Part shown: in pieces, positions 8,645 through 11,314 of the stretch
Numbering within the stretch: position 1 is the stretch's first letter
Layout of the letters: every line of letters begins with the position of its first letter
Assembly (NCBI GenBank): GCA_051294375.1
Contig: JBJCIZ010001309.1
Location: forward strand, 1-11,314
Reading direction: 5' to 3'
Length of the DNA: 11,314 nt
Source: Paraspadella gotoi
Lineage: Eukaryota; Animalia; Chaetognatha
Position numbers and translations under genes: made by a program
Notes under the pieces: model-generated
What the model was told of the DNA's origin: nothing
The model's database searches: none
Seen by the model: the letters and a program-made list of their open reading frames with translations, nothing else

Positions 8645-9529
8645 CTTTGCTTTTTACCAGACAACGTAACAGACTCTGCTGGGTTCGTTGAGAGACGGCG
8701 CTTCCTTTTTTGTGAAGGTTAGGGTTTCGGGTCGGGACTGCAGGATCTAGACAGAAGGGAGGGGTGAGGACTGGTTGGATGTTGATTAGTGGAAAAGGGG
8801 AGAAGGGGTTGAAGGAATGAGAAGAAAGACGAGGGATTTTGTTCCTGTTAGAATGGAAAGACTTTCTCGATGAAAGAAAGAGAAAAGAAGAGAAAAAGAA
8901 GAAAAGGGGGCGTGAAAAGTGTAGAGCGGTGGAGTTTCAAATAATCGAAAAATCAAAATGGATTAGAATTAGAATTGAAAGAAAATATATATTGTAATTG
9001 CGCAGGCCTTCAAGGAAACGTGAATTCGAAAAGCAGAGGCGTCAGATTTTTCAGGAGGACCGCAAGCGGACAAGTGACCTTGTCGTTGTTGGTTATTTTT
9101 TTGTTGGTTGGTTGGTCGTTCAGTCCTTAGACTGGGAGGAGAAATGGAGATCGATGAAGCCGGAAGGCAGAGTATTTCGCTCGAGCGGGCCTTTGAACGG
9201 AAGGCGAGATTGTGAAGAGCGAGTCGGAACGTTCGGGCGGTGACTGCGACGGCTCATGGGGGCTAACTGTCGCTCGGGTCCGCTCGCTGAATTGGCGGTC
9301 AATTCGCAGGGCAGCGGTGAAGGGGTCGCGTTGACGCCACGGTGCGGCGGCAGCCGGGGCGGCAGCGGGCGTTTTTCTTTGATGTCCGCGCCGCGCGTTT
9401 TCATTGCTGTCTCTCGCGTCGAGAGGCGGCAATAAAAATTCCGCGCCCTGTTTATGTAGCAGGTTCGAAACGCCGATTGTTCTGCCCTAGATTGTTTTTA
9501 TTGGCCGATTCTCCTCGCGGCCTTTTACT

Positions 9530-9675
9530 GCTCTCTCTCTCTTTCTCCTCTTCCGCTGCGTGCTCTCTCGGACATGTCTCACTGCTCTCAGTCGTCTTCT
9601 CTCTCTCTCCTCGTCTCGTGCCCTCTCTTGTCTCTCTCTGGTTCTCTTCGCTGTCTATCATGGTCTTCGTCTCTG
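9530..9675 (+). repeat. Interrupted (CT)n-rich tract
   Basis: Seen directly. Confidence 0.85.
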
Positions 9676-10444
9676 CTGCTTAAAATATGTTTCCCGCCCA
9701 TTATGCAAGATAATCGATTATCAACCACGGATTTGGCTGCCCCTCGTCTCGTCTCTGTCTGTCTGTAGTGCAGGTCAGAAAAAGAGACTGTTGGCGTTGC
9801 TGGCTGTTGTCATAAATCATACGATAAAAAGAAATTAAAATATACCGATACGACCCTGAAACGCGTTGACGGTATCTTAAAACCTTTTGGTGCGATCAGA
9901 ACGCTTACCTTTGACGCAATTCGGATTTTCGCTTTTGTGTTTTTTTTCGTGTTAACAGCATTCAATAGGATGTAATAATTTACCACCTTTAAATTGGTAA
10001 TAAACGTCCCTATGGTCGGAAAACCCACGAAAACAAAAACAGCAAAAAAAAATCATAGATCGTGTCGCATAAGAAGCAAGTAGATGGTTATGTTACAAAA
10101 TTTCTTCATGGATAATTAAGGTTTTTTTATGTGTGAAACGTTACACCAATATGTAGTGGCAGAATAGTAGATGGGACAGGCATTGTATACGGCTGCTGTG
10201 TTTTTGGCGAAAGGCGGGACCGCCAATCTGATCCCGAATGGCCTGTCGTTTGTGGTTTAGGAATTTTACGACCGAGCACGTCACCCCTGGAACCCTCACG
10301 CTGCATAAGGAACGGGACGGACCGCCTGATTTCCCCGCGCCGACGATTTCCTCTTGTCGCCGGCGCTTTTTTTTGTGGGTCATGGTGACCGACGCCCACC
10401 CGTGTAGGGTGTTGGGAATCCCTTTTTGGCTATTTGCTAATTGT

Positions 10445-10530
10445 ATTAGTTATTATTATATTATTATTATAATTATATTGTTATTATTATTATATTATTA
10501 TTATTATTATTATTATTAAGTGTATTATTA
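10445..10530. repeat. Imperfect (ATT)n microsatellite
   Basis: TATTATTAT repeats with a few interruptions. Confidence 0.95.
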
Positions 10531-11314
10531 AATTATTGTATAATTATTTTCTAAGTTGTACTAATACTGATTGGCTTAACTGATACGAGAACGTTGTTCA
10601 TATTTCGCGTCTCCCTCTCGTTAAAAACAACACAACTTAAATGTATTGGGTTCCGGCGTGGCGCTCGCCCTGTTGGGGGTTTTTAAATATTTTCTATTCT
10701 CATGTGTTTGGCGTATATATATAACTATGTCCACGATCGCTTGATCGCTTCTAATATCTACTCTCTACTTCTTAATTTCTATCTAATCTTCTATCGCTTT
10801 GTTCGTTCGCCCGTGCGTCGATCGTTTTGACTGCTTCGCAATCGCGTTTCGATGGGCTCTTCGCTTCGATCGGCTTTGAATAGAGAAGATTGAGAATTTG
10901 ACCCTCGTCAATTTTTATTTGTTCAGGTTTTTAAAAAAAATTAAAATCCGATAAATTGTCTTTAACGGCGGCAAAGTTTTCCCCTTTCACGTTTTTTTTT
11001 TTTTTTTTCATGCCCTATATTGAAGGATTTTTTGGATTACCTCATGGTAAAAATTTTTTTTTTTTTTTGTCCTTTTTTCGTGCGGGAGACGAGAAAGGAA
11101 GAACCAACGGGGCCGAGCTCTTTTTTACCTTCGTTTAAAAATACGGAGGGATTTCGGTAAATTCGAGTTTCGGTCATGTTCGGAAAGTGTCGCGACCACT
11201 TCTGTTTAAGTCATTAATTCTGCAAGGGCTCATGGGATTGTAGAGGTCGTCCAAACGTCTTTTAACTCGATTTAGACCCCTGCTCTCTCCTGCGGTATAT
11301 TTACTTTGACTTCT

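Larger units (their letters stand above)
2830..9818 (+). ncRNA. Putative multi-kilobase, multi-branched structured RNA region (boundaries approximate, class unknown)
   Basis: No credible ORF. Many nested antiparallel complementary segments, e.g. 3325-3333/9023-9031, 3384-3394/8954-8964, 3714-3722/6305-6313, 4146-4161/5331-5346 (16 bp perfect), 4598-4608/5109-5119, 4653-4661/4978-4986, 8414-8422/8534-8542. Wobble pairs are G-U on the + strand. Transcription is inferred, not shown. Confidence 0.5.

Noticed and set aside
8717-8727. Telomerase RNA template (AACCCTAACC on the minus strand)
   Set aside because: A single 10-mer on the strand opposite the G-U-supported fold; no CUAACCC template found on the + strand of the structured region.
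9455-9480. tRNA or SRP RNA
   Set aside because: GGTTCGAAAC lacks a T stem and cloverleaf; the SRP helix 8 partner GAGCAG is missing.
10156-10247. HDV-like ribozyme suggested by CCCGAATGG before a closing helix
   Set aside because: The P3/L3 consensus and P1.1 pairing are absent.
3668-10519. The many 60-170 aa ORFs in the supplied track
   Set aside because: They overlap on both strands and are dominated by R/E/K or F/L/S runs from GA, CT and T tracts that lack stop codons; no recognisable domain.
3365-10890. Fragments resembling U2, U3, U5, U6, RNase P/MRP or group I intron motifs
   Set aside because: Only isolated 8-10-nt matches without the neighbouring conserved sequence or stems.
1-11314. 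rRNA genes, CRISPR arrays, transposase or reverse transcriptase genes; TGTCA motif enrichment
   Set aside because: No conserved rRNA core, repeat-spacer array or enzyme motifs seen; my rough TGTCA/TGACA count is no higher than chance.

Overview
Eukaryotic-looking window (AT-rich short introns with GT..AG ends, TTAGGG-type repeats, many GA/CT and ATT microsatellites; an amoebozoan or other protist origin is only my guess). I recognise no protein family, and the supplied ORFs are almost all low-complexity artefacts. 1-2520 holds weak exon/intron fragments of two unidentified convergent genes. 1849-2301 is a fold-back array of four ~90-bp telomere-like units (two forward, two inverted) joined by (TTAA)n. 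The main observation is that ~2830-9820 is apparently non-coding, yet by eye it carries dozens of complementary segments in correctly nested, antiparallel order. These form an outer arm (2830-3574 with 8812-9818) enclosing at least three inner arms, and the imperfect pairs I found are mostly G-U on the + strand. This suggests one multi-kilobase, multi-branched structured RNA transcribed from the + strand. All pairings were found manually; no folding, alignment or database search was run.
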